A stretch of 62,587 nt of DNA, filler included, from a bacterium (GTDB lineage Bacteria; JAMOTN01), in assembly GCA_027062325.1 (NCBI GenBank). It is 7 parts of 7 records of this genome, joined end to end, with 100 filler letters (N's around TTAATTAATTAA, not from the genome) between each part and the next. Parts side by side here need not be neighbours in the genome. Positions count along the whole stretch, not along the records: positions 1 to 10,450 come from JAMOTN010000021.1; positions 10,551 to 20,946 come from JAMOTN010000022.1; 5 more parts are not named here. The stretch is one strand, 5' to 3'. The position numbers were made by a program, and so were the translations under genes. Numbering within the stretch: position 1 is the first letter of the stretch; each line of letters begins with the position of its first letter. The notes below the pieces were generated by a model, which worked only from the letters and a program-made list of their open reading frames with translations, was not told the DNA's origin and did not search any database. This document shows positions 10,256 to 19,982 of this stretch, piece by piece.

Positions 10256-10450
10256 TTGAAAGGAATTGCACACTTTACTACGGGAGTTGCAGTTGCCGCG
10301 CTGTGGCCTGGTGTTATGCAAGAGGCTTTGAGTACCCAGACTTTTTGGTTGGCTTTTGGTGGCTTAGCAGGAATACTACCTGATACTTTGGACTTTAAGT
10401 TGGCTCGATTTTTCTATAAACCAGATGTTTTCATAGACCCATTTGATGTT
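10256..10450 (+). CDS. YdjM-like membrane metal-dependent hydrolase, 3' truncated by contig end
   Basis: MKGIAHF...G.LPDTLD matches the N-terminal H and LPD motifs of the family. Confidence 0.65.
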
Positions 10451-10550
10451 NNNNNNNNNNNNNNNNNNNNNNNNNNNNNNNNNNNNNNNNNNNNTTAATT
10501 AATTAANNNNNNNNNNNNNNNNNNNNNNNNNNNNNNNNNNNNNNNNNNNN
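10451..10550. other. artificial contig linker
   Basis: N44-TTAATTAATTAA-N44; stops in all six frames. Confidence 0.99.
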
Positions 10551-12728
10551 TCTGAAATTTTGGATTCGTACAATGTTTATTCTAAGGCAGGTCAGAATTT
10601 AATAGAAGAGGCTTATGAGTTTGCAATTAAAGCTCATGCAGGGCAGAGGCGTCAGAGTGGCGAGCCATACTTTTCACATCCTTTTGAAGTGGCGAAAATC
10701 TTGACAGATTTAAAAATGGATGCCGTAACCATTGCAGCTGGACTTCTTCACGATACTATTGAGGATTGTGAAGAGGTTACGTTTGATCTTTTGAAAGAAA
10801 AATTTGGGCTTCCTGTTGCAGTGATTGTAGAAGGTGTGACCAAGCTTTCAAAGATAGCGGTTCCGGAGAAAAAAGTGCGGGATGCGGAGAGTATAAGAAA
10901 AATGTTACTTGCGATGTCAAAGGATATAAGGGTGGTTATAGTTAAGTTAGCAGATCGCCTCCACAACGTGCGCACTTTAAAAGGTGTAGGAGAAGAAAAA
11001 GAGAAGAGGATAGCTGCCCAAACACTTGAAATTTTTGCCCCTCTTGCTCATGCACTTGGAATGTACAAGATACAGCGTGAAATGGAAGATCTTTGTTTTG
11101 AAATTTTGTATCCAGCGGAGTTTAAGCGCATAAAAGCATTGATTGATGAATTATATGAGAAAAGGAAGGAGACTTTACATCAAGCAGTGGAGAAGATAGA
11201 ACGTGCTTTAAAGGGTAATGGGATAAATGCTCGAACTTCCTTTCGCGTTAAACATGCTTACAGCGTTTGGAGAAAGATGCATCTTAAGAGAAAGGATGCT
11301 TCTGAGATTTATGATTTGTTTGGAGTGAGGATTATAGTCAAGACGGTTGAGGAGTGTTATGCAGCGTTAGGAATTGTGCATACGTTATTTGTTCCGGTGC
11401 AGGGGCGCTTTAAGGATTATATTGCTATGCCAAAGAGTAACGGTTATCAGTCACTGCACACAACTCTGATGTTGAAGGGGGGAATTCCGTTCGAAGTTCA
11501 AATTAGAACTGAGAGGATGCACTACATTGCGGAAGAGGGAATTGCAGCTCATTGGCGTTACAAAGAGGGTGGAAGTGATGATGTAGCGGAGAAGATTCGG
11601 TGGATAAGACAACTTATTGAGTGGCACAAGGATGTCAAAGTTGAGAATCCTCTTGAGTATATTGAATGGATAAAGGTTGATTTGTTTCAGGAAGAGGTAT
11701 TCGTATTTACTCCGGCAGGAGATGTGGTAAGTCTTCCTGAGGGGGCGACGGCTCTTGATTTTGCTTACTACATACATACTGAAGTTGGGAATCATGCTAA
11801 GGTTGCCCGTGTAAATGGAATTGCAGTGCCATTGGACTATCGATTAAAAACTGGTGACATTATAGAGATAATCACTTCGAAAGAGGTTGAGCCGACTCGC
11901 GAGTGGCTGAATTGGGTTGCTACTTCTAGAGCAAAGAGTAAAATTCGTGCTTATATAAGGACAAAAGAGAGGGAGTTGTATCTTGAAGACGGCTTGAGAA
12001 AACTATTTGAGGTTATAAGACAATTCAAAATGAAACTACAAACATTTCCAGAGGAAACTTTAAAGGAAAAAAATATTGATCTTTCGATACCTGAGGCTGA
12101 ATCACCAGAAAAGTTGAGGCAAAGTCCGCTTCTTGAAAAAGCAGCTGTTGAATTGAACAAGGAGAGTATTGAGGAATTGCTGCTAGCTGTGGGGAGGGAT
12201 GAGATCAAACCTAAAAGAGTTCTAGAATTTATAGTGCCAGCTTGGTTGGAGCTTGCTGCTTTGAAGGTCAAAAGGGAAGGTCAAACTTTGCGAAAAAGTA
12301 TGGGATCTGTTGTTAAGATCTCTGGAAAGAGTGGTATTGCTTATAAGATTTCAAAGTGTTGTTGTCCAATACCAGGAGATGATGTTGTAGGAGTTGTCAC
12401 CAGGAAAGGATTTATATCAATTCACAGAAAAAATTGTGCTAATGTTAATGGCGTTTTGCCGGAACGATTGGTTGATGTTGAGTGGACTGACTGGAAAGGA
12501 AAATTTGAAGTTTATGTTTTGGTTGAAGCTGTAGACAGAGAAGGGCTTTTGATGGATGTAGCTGCAGCATTGCGTGATATGTCAATAAATTTAAAACATG
12601 TGGAGGCATGGACTGAGGGGACACGAGCCTTTATAAAATTACGTTTTGAAGTTAAATCTAGGCAAGAATTGGAGAACGTTTTAAAGAAGATAAGGGGAGT
12701 AAAAGGGGTGGTTAATGTTAGTCGTTAA
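10551..12728 (+). CDS. rel: bifunctional (p)ppGpp synthetase/hydrolase Rel (5' end at contig edge)
   Basis: LLHDTIED (HD), KLADRLHN, RFKDYIAMPKSNGYQSLHT, EVQIRT, TGS (ALDFAYYIHTEVG), KCCCPIPGD, C-terminal ACT. Confidence 0.96.
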   Translation, partial: SEILDSYNVYSKAGQNLIEEAYEFAIKAHAGQRRQSGEPYFSHPFEVAKILTDLKMDAVTIAAGLLHDTIEDCEEVTFDLLKEKFGLPVAVIVEGVTKLSKIAVPEKKVRDAESIRKMLLAMSKDIRVVIVKLADRLHNVRTLKGVGEEKEKRIAAQTLEIFAPLAHALGMYKIQREMEDLCFEILYPAEFKRIKALIDELYEKRKETLHQAVEKIERALKGNGINARTSFRVKHAYSVWRKMHLKRKDASEIYDLFGVRIIVKTVEECYAALGIVHTLFVPVQGRFKDYIAMPKSNGYQSLHTTLMLKGGIPFEVQIRTERMHYIAEEGIAAHWRYKEGGSDDVAEKIRWIRQLIEWHKDVKVENPLEYIEWIKVDLFQEEVFVFTPAGDVVSLPEGATALDFAYYIHTEVGNHAKVARVNGIAVPLDYRLKTGDIIEIITSKEVEPTREWLNWVATSRAKSKIRAYIRTKERELYLEDGLRKLFEVIRQFKMKLQTFPEETLKEKNIDLSIPEAESPEKLRQSPLLEKAAVELNKESIEELLLAVGRDEIKPKRVLEFIVPAWLELAALKVKREGQTLRKSMGSVVKISGKSGIAYKISKCCCPIPGDDVVGVVTRKGFISIHRKNCANVNGVLPERLVDVEWTDWKGKFEVYVLVEAVDREGLLMDVAAALRDMSINLKHVEAWTEGTRAFIKLRFEVKSRQELENVLKKIRGVKGVVNVSR

Positions 12729-12792
12729 GTGGTAAAATATCCATAGGTAGATGATGCATCTTGCAAACTGTTTTTTCAAGGAGGGATTTTCG

Positions 12793-13266
12793 ATGAGTAT
12801 TGTTTATGCAGCTTCTACGGCAGAGCAAGCGGTAAATCTCTTAAACAAATTAAACCCTTTAACTCTTGCAATTATTGGTTTGGTTGTTGTAGCAGTAGTA
12901 CTTGCTATGATGGCTTCTTCGCGTGCTCCAATTTCAACAGGAGTTGCGGGTTCTGGAAGGGTTAGAAGTGGGAGGTCAAGTTCAATAAAGGATGAGTATA
13001 ATGAGGACAAGTTGGGAGAAGAAAAAGAAGGAGAGGAGAAGGATAAGAAAGAAGAGGGAGAAGAGAAGAAAGAAGGAGATGCCAAAGAGGGAGAAGAAGA
13101 TAAGGAAGATGCTACTGATAGAGAGGATATGGATTTTAGTTATGATGAAGATGATGAGGATGAGAAAGAAGATGATGAGGAGGAAGAAGAGGAAGAAGAT
13201 GCCACGGATGAAGATGATATGGATTTTGACTATGATGACGACGATGATGATGATGATGATGAGTAA
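12793..13266 (+). CDS. single-TM protein with highly acidic tail
   Basis: GGAGG upstream of ATG 12793; one TM; Asp/Glu-rich C-terminus with an internal duplication. Confidence 0.7.
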   Translation: MSIVYAASTAEQAVNLLNKLNPLTLAIIGLVVVAVVLAMMASSRAPISTGVAGSGRVRSGRSSSIKDEYNEDKLGEEKEGEEKDKKEEGEEKKEGDAKEGEEDKEDATDREDMDFSYDEDDEDEKEDDEEEEEEEDATDEDDMDFDYDDDDDDDDDE

Positions 13267-13274
13267 TTGAAGAG

Positions 13275-14354
13275 ATGGGCGTTTGGAGGTATGTGGTAAA
13301 GACAACTCATAAAACTCCCAATTTTTGGACGGGACGCGAAAGGTTTTGTTCAGGGGACAGGTTACTGCTGAACCCTTACGTAGGCTGTGAGGTGGCTTGT
13401 CCCCTTTGTTATGCCGCGAATTATCCTTTTAAACTATTCAAGGAGGCAAAAAATAACAGACTTGTATTTTGTTATATAAACTTACCAAGGGATTTTGACT
13501 TGTTTTTAAAAAAAGTTAACTATGCTTTTACTATTTATCTATCTCCTGTTGCGGATCCATTGCAGCCAGCAGAAAAAGAGTTTGGTTTGACACGCCAAAT
13601 TGTTGAAGTAGCAAAGCGCTGGGGTTTACCAGTTTCTATTACTACACGTTGTGAAGTTGATAGCTTTTTACTATCTTATGTGGATCACTTTCAGTTCAGC
13701 TTGAATACACTTGATAATAGAAAATGGCGACTTCTCTCTCCAAATGCAATGGAGTTGACTTCTTACCTTGAACAAATCAAAGAGGTTTCCCGAGTTAAAC
13801 CAGTAACTTTAAGAATTGATCCGATAATTTGGCCTTACACGTGGAATGAAGTGGATGACTTGATCGCGTTTGCACATGAGGCTGATGTAGCTCACGTGAC
13901 TTTTAGCATTTTGGATTTACCCTCTGGAGGTAGAAGTTTTCTGAGAGGACTGATAGGAAATAAAGTTGATTATTATAGCGAGTTTTTTAGAGGACGTTAT
14001 CAGCTGTATGAGAATATGAGAAATAAACTATTACTTGAGTTGTGGGAAAAGACGAGAAGTTTGCGAGAGGCAGGGATAGAAATTGGATTTTGTATGGAAA
14101 AAGTTGAAGGAATAGATGCAAATCTTTATTTTGCCAAGCTTTCTAATTCGGCGCCACTCCACTGTGATGGTGTGAAATGGGGAGTTTTTAAAAAAGAAAG
14201 AGATGTTTTTAGGCCGTTAGTTTATTGTTCTGGTAATTGTCTTTACTGTTATAAAGCAAGTTGCGGCTTAAATTGGCTTGCCATGAGAGGAGAGGGACGT
14301 TTTTTGAAAGTAAGTGATTTAAAAGCTAATTCAGAAGAAGCACTATTTAATTGA
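13275..14354 (+). CDS. radical SAM protein, spore photoproduct lyase-like family
   Basis: LNPYVGCEVACPLCYA (CxxxCxxC), SPVADPLQPAE, LRIDPII; second Cys cluster near the C-terminus. Confidence 0.82.
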   Translation: MGVWRYVVKTTHKTPNFWTGRERFCSGDRLLLNPYVGCEVACPLCYAANYPFKLFKEAKNNRLVFCYINLPRDFDLFLKKVNYAFTIYLSPVADPLQPAEKEFGLTRQIVEVAKRWGLPVSITTRCEVDSFLLSYVDHFQFSLNTLDNRKWRLLSPNAMELTSYLEQIKEVSRVKPVTLRIDPIIWPYTWNEVDDLIAFAHEADVAHVTFSILDLPSGGRSFLRGLIGNKVDYYSEFFRGRYQLYENMRNKLLLELWEKTRSLREAGIEIGFCMEKVEGIDANLYFAKLSNSAPLHCDGVKWGVFKKERDVFRPLVYCSGNCLYCYKASCGLNWLAMRGEGRFLKVSDLKANSEEALFN

Positions 14355-14460
14355 TGATCAAGCTATTGGCAACTTTTTTGTGATAGACTAACATTATGAT
14401 GGGGAAGAAAATGAGTAAAAATCTGACTGTTTAAAATTACTTTTAACAGGAGGGCCATAT

Positions 14461-15387
14461 ATGGCTGATAAGGTAAAAAAGGTTTTTTGGGAGAAGTTGA
14501 AAAAATTCTTAGTTCCAGCAAGTTTTGCTTTTGTAATTGGAATTTTGCTATTTGTTTCTTTAAGAATTTATTCAGGTTTAAAAATAACAGCTCAAATTGA
14601 CAGATGCAATAGTGAATTGAAGTCTATTGCAAAAAAAGTTTTGACTTTTGTTCAAACTCAAGGAGAGGATCCAGAAAGTTGGCAGGATTTAATAAAGGCG
14701 GGAATACTTTCGGAAATTCCATACGATCCATGGGGGAGAGCTTACGAGCTTCTAGTAGATGCTTGCAAGGTTGTATCAGCTGGTCCTAACGGTAAATTTG
14801 GTGATGGGGATGATATAGGTGAGTACTGGATAAAAGATTTGGTTTTGATGCAGGCATATTTAGATGATGGTGGTACTTACAATGATAGATCAGATGATCT
14901 GCTAGTACTTGTTTTTTCTAAAAAAGTGGGCTTTTCTAAAGATAATGTTACTGCTGATGATATACTGCAAGATTTTAAGCTAGTAACAAAATATGGGCAG
15001 CCTTTGGATATAGCGCAATACATTCCTGTAGATTCCCAAACAGAGTTTTTCATTGATGCAGATGATGAAAAGACGTTGGTTATCCATCTTCCTCCCAACC
15101 ATCAGTTGGATGTTTTTAAATATGCAATAAATATTAAGGCTCCCCATGCGAATGTGATAATGGCCAGAGATGGTGTTCCTGCAGTTCCATCTGGGACCCC
15201 AATAGAGATAGAATCTGGGACTTACAATAAATATGCCAATGTTATGAAAAATTTGGGAGTTGGAGAAGAGAGTGGGGAAGATAGTGATACTGAAGGTGGA
15301 GAAGTGCTCAATTGTAAGAGCGGGACTGTGAAAGCTGCAGATGAGGAAAATTCTTCTGAAGAAAATGGGCTTGAAGGAGCTGAATAG
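14461..15387 (+). CDS. GspG-like pseudopilin domain protein with C-terminal extension
   Basis: N-terminal TM, then DPWGRAY...VVSAGPNGKFGDGDDI typical of T2SS G-domains. Confidence 0.7.
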   Translation: MADKVKKVFWEKLKKFLVPASFAFVIGILLFVSLRIYSGLKITAQIDRCNSELKSIAKKVLTFVQTQGEDPESWQDLIKAGILSEIPYDPWGRAYELLVDACKVVSAGPNGKFGDGDDIGEYWIKDLVLMQAYLDDGGTYNDRSDDLLVLVFSKKVGFSKDNVTADDILQDFKLVTKYGQPLDIAQYIPVDSQTEFFIDADDEKTLVIHLPPNHQLDVFKYAINIKAPHANVIMARDGVPAVPSGTPIEIESGTYNKYANVMKNLGVGEESGEDSDTEGGEVLNCKSGTVKAADEENSSEENGLEGAE

Positions 15388-15396
15388 TTATAAAAT

Positions 15397-16347
15397 ATGA
15401 AAAGATTTACTTTATTATTCGTGCTTCTGCTTGGATTTGGTTGTGTTAATTTCAAAGCTTGGGCTTTTTATATAGGAGATGTTTATTTTTCAACAGAAGA
15501 ATTCTATTTGTATGTTAGAGATGAGCTTGCTGATCCAGAACTGGCTTCTAAATTTTTAAAAGAAGCTTTGTCAGCTGGGGAAAAGTGGGCTGCTAATTAT
15601 ATGCGTCCAAAGAATAAGTTTGAGGAGTTCAAGAGAATTATTGTAAGTGGAGATTTGAGTAAAGCAATTGAATTTTTAAAAGAAATTCCCGCAACTAAAT
15701 TGAAAAGAGCATATTGGTTATTGGTTAACTATGCTTTGACTCAGCACAGAAATGATATTGTGTTTGCTTACTTACCGCGGCTTAATTTAGAAGATAAAAA
15801 ACGACTGCTGATTTTAGCCCGCTCTATGGGTAATACGGAGGTTGTTGAAAAAGTTGTGAAGTTTTTAGAAGGAAGTGATGAAGAGGTTGCTTTAGCCAAG
15901 GCATCTGTTTTGTGGAGAAAGGGACAAAGAGATAAAGCTATAGATATTTATAAAAATGCCTATCGTAAATTTTCTTCCCGGAAGGCGTTTGTGAATTTAA
16001 TAAGTGGATTACTGGAGCTTGGTAGGATTTCGGAGGCTGAGTCTCTAGTGGAGGCAGATGCTTTTTTGAACGGAAAGGATGCAGCTTACTATTATTGTGC
16101 TGCCATAGTGAAGGTTAAAAAGGGAGATTTTAAAGGGGGTTTGAATTTGCTGAATAAAAGCCTAAATTTTTCATGGTTTGGTAGAGATAAGGTGTTGGAG
16201 TTAAAGAAAAAAATTGAAAAGCTGTTGTTGAATTACAATGTGAGCAAGTCTGAGGGTTCTTCTAATACTTCTGATTTTAAAGCATCTAAGATTGACTCCT
16301 CTAAGTCGGTTGAACTTGATCGAGAAATTAATGAGATATTGAAATAA
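15397..16347 (+). CDS. exported TPR-repeat protein
   Basis: Signal peptide; TPR-like helices (KGQRDKAIDIYKNA, LGRISEAESLV, KGDFKGGLNLLNKSL). Confidence 0.65.
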   Translation: MKRFTLLFVLLLGFGCVNFKAWAFYIGDVYFSTEEFYLYVRDELADPELASKFLKEALSAGEKWAANYMRPKNKFEEFKRIIVSGDLSKAIEFLKEIPATKLKRAYWLLVNYALTQHRNDIVFAYLPRLNLEDKKRLLILARSMGNTEVVEKVVKFLEGSDEEVALAKASVLWRKGQRDKAIDIYKNAYRKFSSRKAFVNLISGLLELGRISEAESLVEADAFLNGKDAAYYYCAAIVKVKKGDFKGGLNLLNKSLNFSWFGRDKVLELKKKIEKLLLNYNVSKSEGSSNTSDFKASKIDSSKSVELDREINEILK

Positions 16348-16384
16348 ATCATGAGTATAGCTTTATTTAACTGGAGGGAAGCTG

Positions 16385-19006
16385 ATGGATATTGCGTATG
16401 CTATAAGCCTCCTCAAAAGTGCCGATGAATCAGAAAGAATTCGTGGAGTTATGGCTCTTTCCAATTATCGCGTTGATAAAGTAGCAGCCCAGCATCTAAT
16501 AGATGTGTTAAAGGGTGATCCTTCTTTTTATGTGCGTCTTCAAGCAGCTAAAGTTTTAAGAATGTTCAAAATTCAAATAGATACAGCTTCTCTTTACGAG
16601 TTGCTGGATTCCGAGAAAGAGATTGTTGAAGTTGTCATAGATATTATTGCAAATCACGCAAATAAGAAAATATTCAAAGTCTATGCTGAGAGGTTTAGTA
16701 AAGATACATCTGTTTCCTCCACGGCCTTAGCTAATTTTGTGGAACTTGCAGGGAGAATGGGCCAATGGGATGTAGTTATGAAATTTTTGGACAGCCGTTT
16801 TTGGAATGTGAGAGATAAAGCAGCCAATGTTTTAGCTTCAGCTGTTAAAGAAGATACTCAAGTGTTCAAATCACTTTTAGAAATGGTTAGAAGAGATGGA
16901 GAAAAAGCGTGGTGGTCCTCTGTTGCTATTTGGAAGGCTTTTAGAAATTTGGATGATGATATGTTGAATGAATTGGAGCGTTTTCTAAAAGATGAGGGGG
17001 AGCTTGGACGGATAGGAGATCGTTCTGTATTTTTGAAGTGGGCTTTATTTATGAATGAAAAGTGGAAACTTGATGAGTTTGATAAAGAGTTAACTGCACG
17101 CTACTTTGGTTTTGTTTTTAGAGAGTTATTGCCGCAGGAAATTGTTGCTAAGTTTTCGTTTTTATTAGATGATGCGAACAGAGATGTTAGATATTCAGTA
17201 GCTTTCTATTTAAAAGATGCATTGAAAGATCCAGTGTATGATACTTTGCTTGAAAAGTTGTTTGAAAAAATTGGAATTGAGGGTAAACTCGCTCTTTTTT
17301 GTGCCTTTGTTAATGATGGGATTTTTTACGATAGGTGGTTTGAGAAAATAGTTGAGTTATCAGAACAAAAGGGAAATATTGATGTGTTGAGAAAGTTGTT
17401 TTCTGAAAGTGCTAAAAATTTTCCAGAAATTTTAGTTTCCTACATGGAAAAGTTGAGCTTAGAAGGTCAAGATTTGTTGATGGTGGAGCTTGCTCATAGG
17501 AGGTATGAACCTGTTAAAGGTATTTTGCTAAAACGTTTTGATGAAAAGATAACAGTTGAATTTTTTAGGGCTCTTGCGAATTTCGCCCAGGACTTAGAAG
17601 TGGCTTCTAAACTTTTGGAAGTATTAAAAAAATTACCTTTGAAGTTTTGGGAAAGAGTGTATGAGGCAATTGTAAGTTTGGCAAGAAGTCAACCGGAGCT
17701 CATTTTGGATACGTATAATCATTGTGATTGGGCTAAAAGAGCACTTTTGAAAAAAATCATTAAGCAAGTTACTTCTGAAATTACAGGTACTTTGATAGAA
17801 GCTTTGTCTTCTAAAAATGGCATAGTTACTTCAATGGTCATGGAAGTTTTATCTTCAAGTAAGGAGGCCATACTTTCTTTGATAGGACTTTTCAAGAGCG
17901 AAAGTTGGATAATGCGTCGACGAGCATATGAAGCTTTGAAAATGGCAGATCCTTATTTTACGGCCGAAAAACTTTTTTTTGTAGTTAAGTCTGATCCTGA
18001 TGAGAATATAATGTATTGGGCTGAAAGATTACTTGCATACTGGTCCGAGAGGATAGTAGACAAGTTGTCTGAGGCTCTGAATGAGCGAAATTTACATCTT
18101 AACATATTAGTTGTTAGAGTTATAAGGCATTTGAATTCGCTTGAGATAAAAGAGTTGCTCTCTCATGCTTTGCGAGATGAGTTTGATGAGGTTAGACTTG
18201 AGGCTCTCAGGGCTTTAAAAAATCATCCGTTTGTGGAGTTTTTAGATTTATTGAAGAAATCGTGGGGAATGGAGTCGCGGGCGTGGAAGGTAGAAGCGTT
18301 GAAAATAATGGCTTTTCTAGGAGAAGTTGAGTTGTACGATGAGGTTGCTAAGTCAGGAGACTTTGAGATTTTAAGCGCACTTCTAGAGGGGCTTTTAGAA
18401 GCGATAGAGGTAGGGGTAAATAAGGTAGAATATATGAGAATAATAAAGGGAGTATTAGAGAAAAGTTCTATTTTGGGAGAGCAATATTTTGAAGATTTGG
18501 TATTGGTTTTTCATGAGGAGGAGTGGTTTGCCAAATTTTTTGAAGAGGTGAAAGAAAGGCTTTTGGAAAATCAATTAAAGTTAGCAGAATTACTTATGAA
18601 TAATCGTAAGGAAATTCTGGAGGATAGAGAATTTAGCAAGTGGCTTCATGCGACGGGATTTTATTCTAAAGTGCTGACAGTTGTTGGAGTAGATTTTGAT
18701 AAGTTGTTGTCTAGTGAGAAACTGTATGATTCTGATGAAAGGGTAATTGGCTTTAAAGTTCCAATTATAAAAGGTTACGAAAAAATTTCTGCCGAACTTA
18801 TTAAAAATCCGGAGAAAGCGCTTCAGTTGCTGAGGGGGGATAAAAGTTTTATAGGAAGTTTTTACAAAGTGTTGGCTCTAAAGCTTGCAGGTTATGATGA
18901 TAAGGCTTCCCAGTTGTTTTGTAAGATGAGAAATTTAGTTAGCAGGGTTGAAAAAGGGACAGCTGTGAAGTTGATAATGTACCTTGAGAAGGTGTTGCAA
19001 AAGTGA
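16385..19006 (+). CDS. HEAT-repeat protein
   Basis: Repeated HEAT-like units (DPSFYVRLQAAKVL, WNVRDKAANVL, DEVRLEALRAL). Confidence 0.75.
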   Translation: MDIAYAISLLKSADESERIRGVMALSNYRVDKVAAQHLIDVLKGDPSFYVRLQAAKVLRMFKIQIDTASLYELLDSEKEIVEVVIDIIANHANKKIFKVYAERFSKDTSVSSTALANFVELAGRMGQWDVVMKFLDSRFWNVRDKAANVLASAVKEDTQVFKSLLEMVRRDGEKAWWSSVAIWKAFRNLDDDMLNELERFLKDEGELGRIGDRSVFLKWALFMNEKWKLDEFDKELTARYFGFVFRELLPQEIVAKFSFLLDDANRDVRYSVAFYLKDALKDPVYDTLLEKLFEKIGIEGKLALFCAFVNDGIFYDRWFEKIVELSEQKGNIDVLRKLFSESAKNFPEILVSYMEKLSLEGQDLLMVELAHRRYEPVKGILLKRFDEKITVEFFRALANFAQDLEVASKLLEVLKKLPLKFWERVYEAIVSLARSQPELILDTYNHCDWAKRALLKKIIKQVTSEITGTLIEALSSKNGIVTSMVMEVLSSSKEAILSLIGLFKSESWIMRRRAYEALKMADPYFTAEKLFFVVKSDPDENIMYWAERLLAYWSERIVDKLSEALNERNLHLNILVVRVIRHLNSLEIKELLSHALRDEFDEVRLEALRALKNHPFVEFLDLLKKSWGMESRAWKVEALKIMAFLGEVELYDEVAKSGDFEILSALLEGLLEAIEVGVNKVEYMRIIKGVLEKSSILGEQYFEDLVLVFHEEEWFAKFFEEVKERLLENQLKLAELLMNNRKEILEDREFSKWLHATGFYSKVLTVVGVDFDKLLSSEKLYDSDERVIGFKVPIIKGYEKISAELIKNPEKALQLLRGDKSFIGSFYKVLALKLAGYDDKASQLFCKMRNLVSRVEKGTAVKLIMYLEKVLQK

Positions 19007-19944
19007 GAAGAGAGAATATTTTTTTAAAGAGAGGAGTGCCGTTGATTTGTACGGGGAAAACTGATGATGCTTTAGAATTGGCTTCCTACCTTGAAAGTAA
19101 AGGAATTGAAGCTGAAATTATCAACGTTGATTCCAAGGGAGTTTATAAATACCTCAAAGCTTTGTGCGCCATTCCTGAAAGGAAGCATCACCTTGTGGAA
19201 TTTTTACCTCCTGACAAAAGAATAAGTGCTGTTTTTTTTGCAAAGCTTATGAATTACTGCTTATATTCGATGTTTAACAAGGGCATTTTTCCAATTTTGT
19301 GTGGAGGGACTGGCTTTTATTTTGAAGTTTTCTTCTATGGTGTTGATAATATACCGGCTGATGGTGAACTTAGAAATTTGATTAGTGTTGCTCTAGAAGA
19401 TGATGAGTTACGTTTTAAAATATGGCGCTATTTAAAGAAAGTATATGAATATCAGATTCACTTCAATGATAAAAAAAGATTGAGCCGATGGATAGAGAAT
19501 TATGTTTTGGTGGGTTCAAAGGTGAGAAAAAAAAGATTTATGAGTTTGTTTTTTCCTGTCTTTTTTCATAAGAGGATAGATTTTGATGAAAGATTGAAAG
19601 AGAGATATAAAACTCGTTATTTAAAGATGTTGGAAGAAGGAGCCTTAGAAGAGGTGAAGTTTGTAGTTGAAAATTACGGAGTAGATGCGCCTGCTTGTTA
19701 TGATGTTATATCTTTCGATGATACTTACGATATTTTATTGGGAAAGATAGATGAGGAAAAGGCTGCTTTTAATTATTCTAAAAAAGCATGGCGTTTTGCT
19801 AAAAAGCAGGAGAGGTGGTTTAATAGATATGAACGTTATGCTCAGCAAGAGCGATGTTATTATCAGAGATACGGTAATGTAAAAGAGCTATTTGAGGTGG
19901 CAGATAAAATTTTGGATTTTTACAGAGATACAGAATTACTTTAA
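19003..19944 (+). CDS. miaA: tRNA dimethylallyltransferase-like protein (divergent)
   Basis: TGKT, IINVDS..VY, HHL, CGGTGFY, IH.ND.KR..R..E, FAKKQ..WF follow the MiaA motif order; P-loop and TAKP motif are degenerate. Confidence 0.72.
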   Translation: MRRENIFLKRGVPLICTGKTDDALELASYLESKGIEAEIINVDSKGVYKYLKALCAIPERKHHLVEFLPPDKRISAVFFAKLMNYCLYSMFNKGIFPILCGGTGFYFEVFFYGVDNIPADGELRNLISVALEDDELRFKIWRYLKKVYEYQIHFNDKKRLSRWIENYVLVGSKVRKKRFMSLFFPVFFHKRIDFDERLKERYKTRYLKMLEEGALEEVKFVVENYGVDAPACYDVISFDDTYDILLGKIDEEKAAFNYSKKAWRFAKKQERWFNRYERYAQQERCYYQRYGNVKELFEVADKILDFYRDTELL

Positions 19945-19982
19945 GATATTGATTAATGTAAGTATGTAGGGGGCGGTATTTA

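Noticed and set aside
12804-13305. Alternative-frame and antisense ORFs (poly-Met/Arg/Lys, poly-Ile, poly-Ser)
   Set aside because: Shadows of the GAA/GAT-rich acidic gene.
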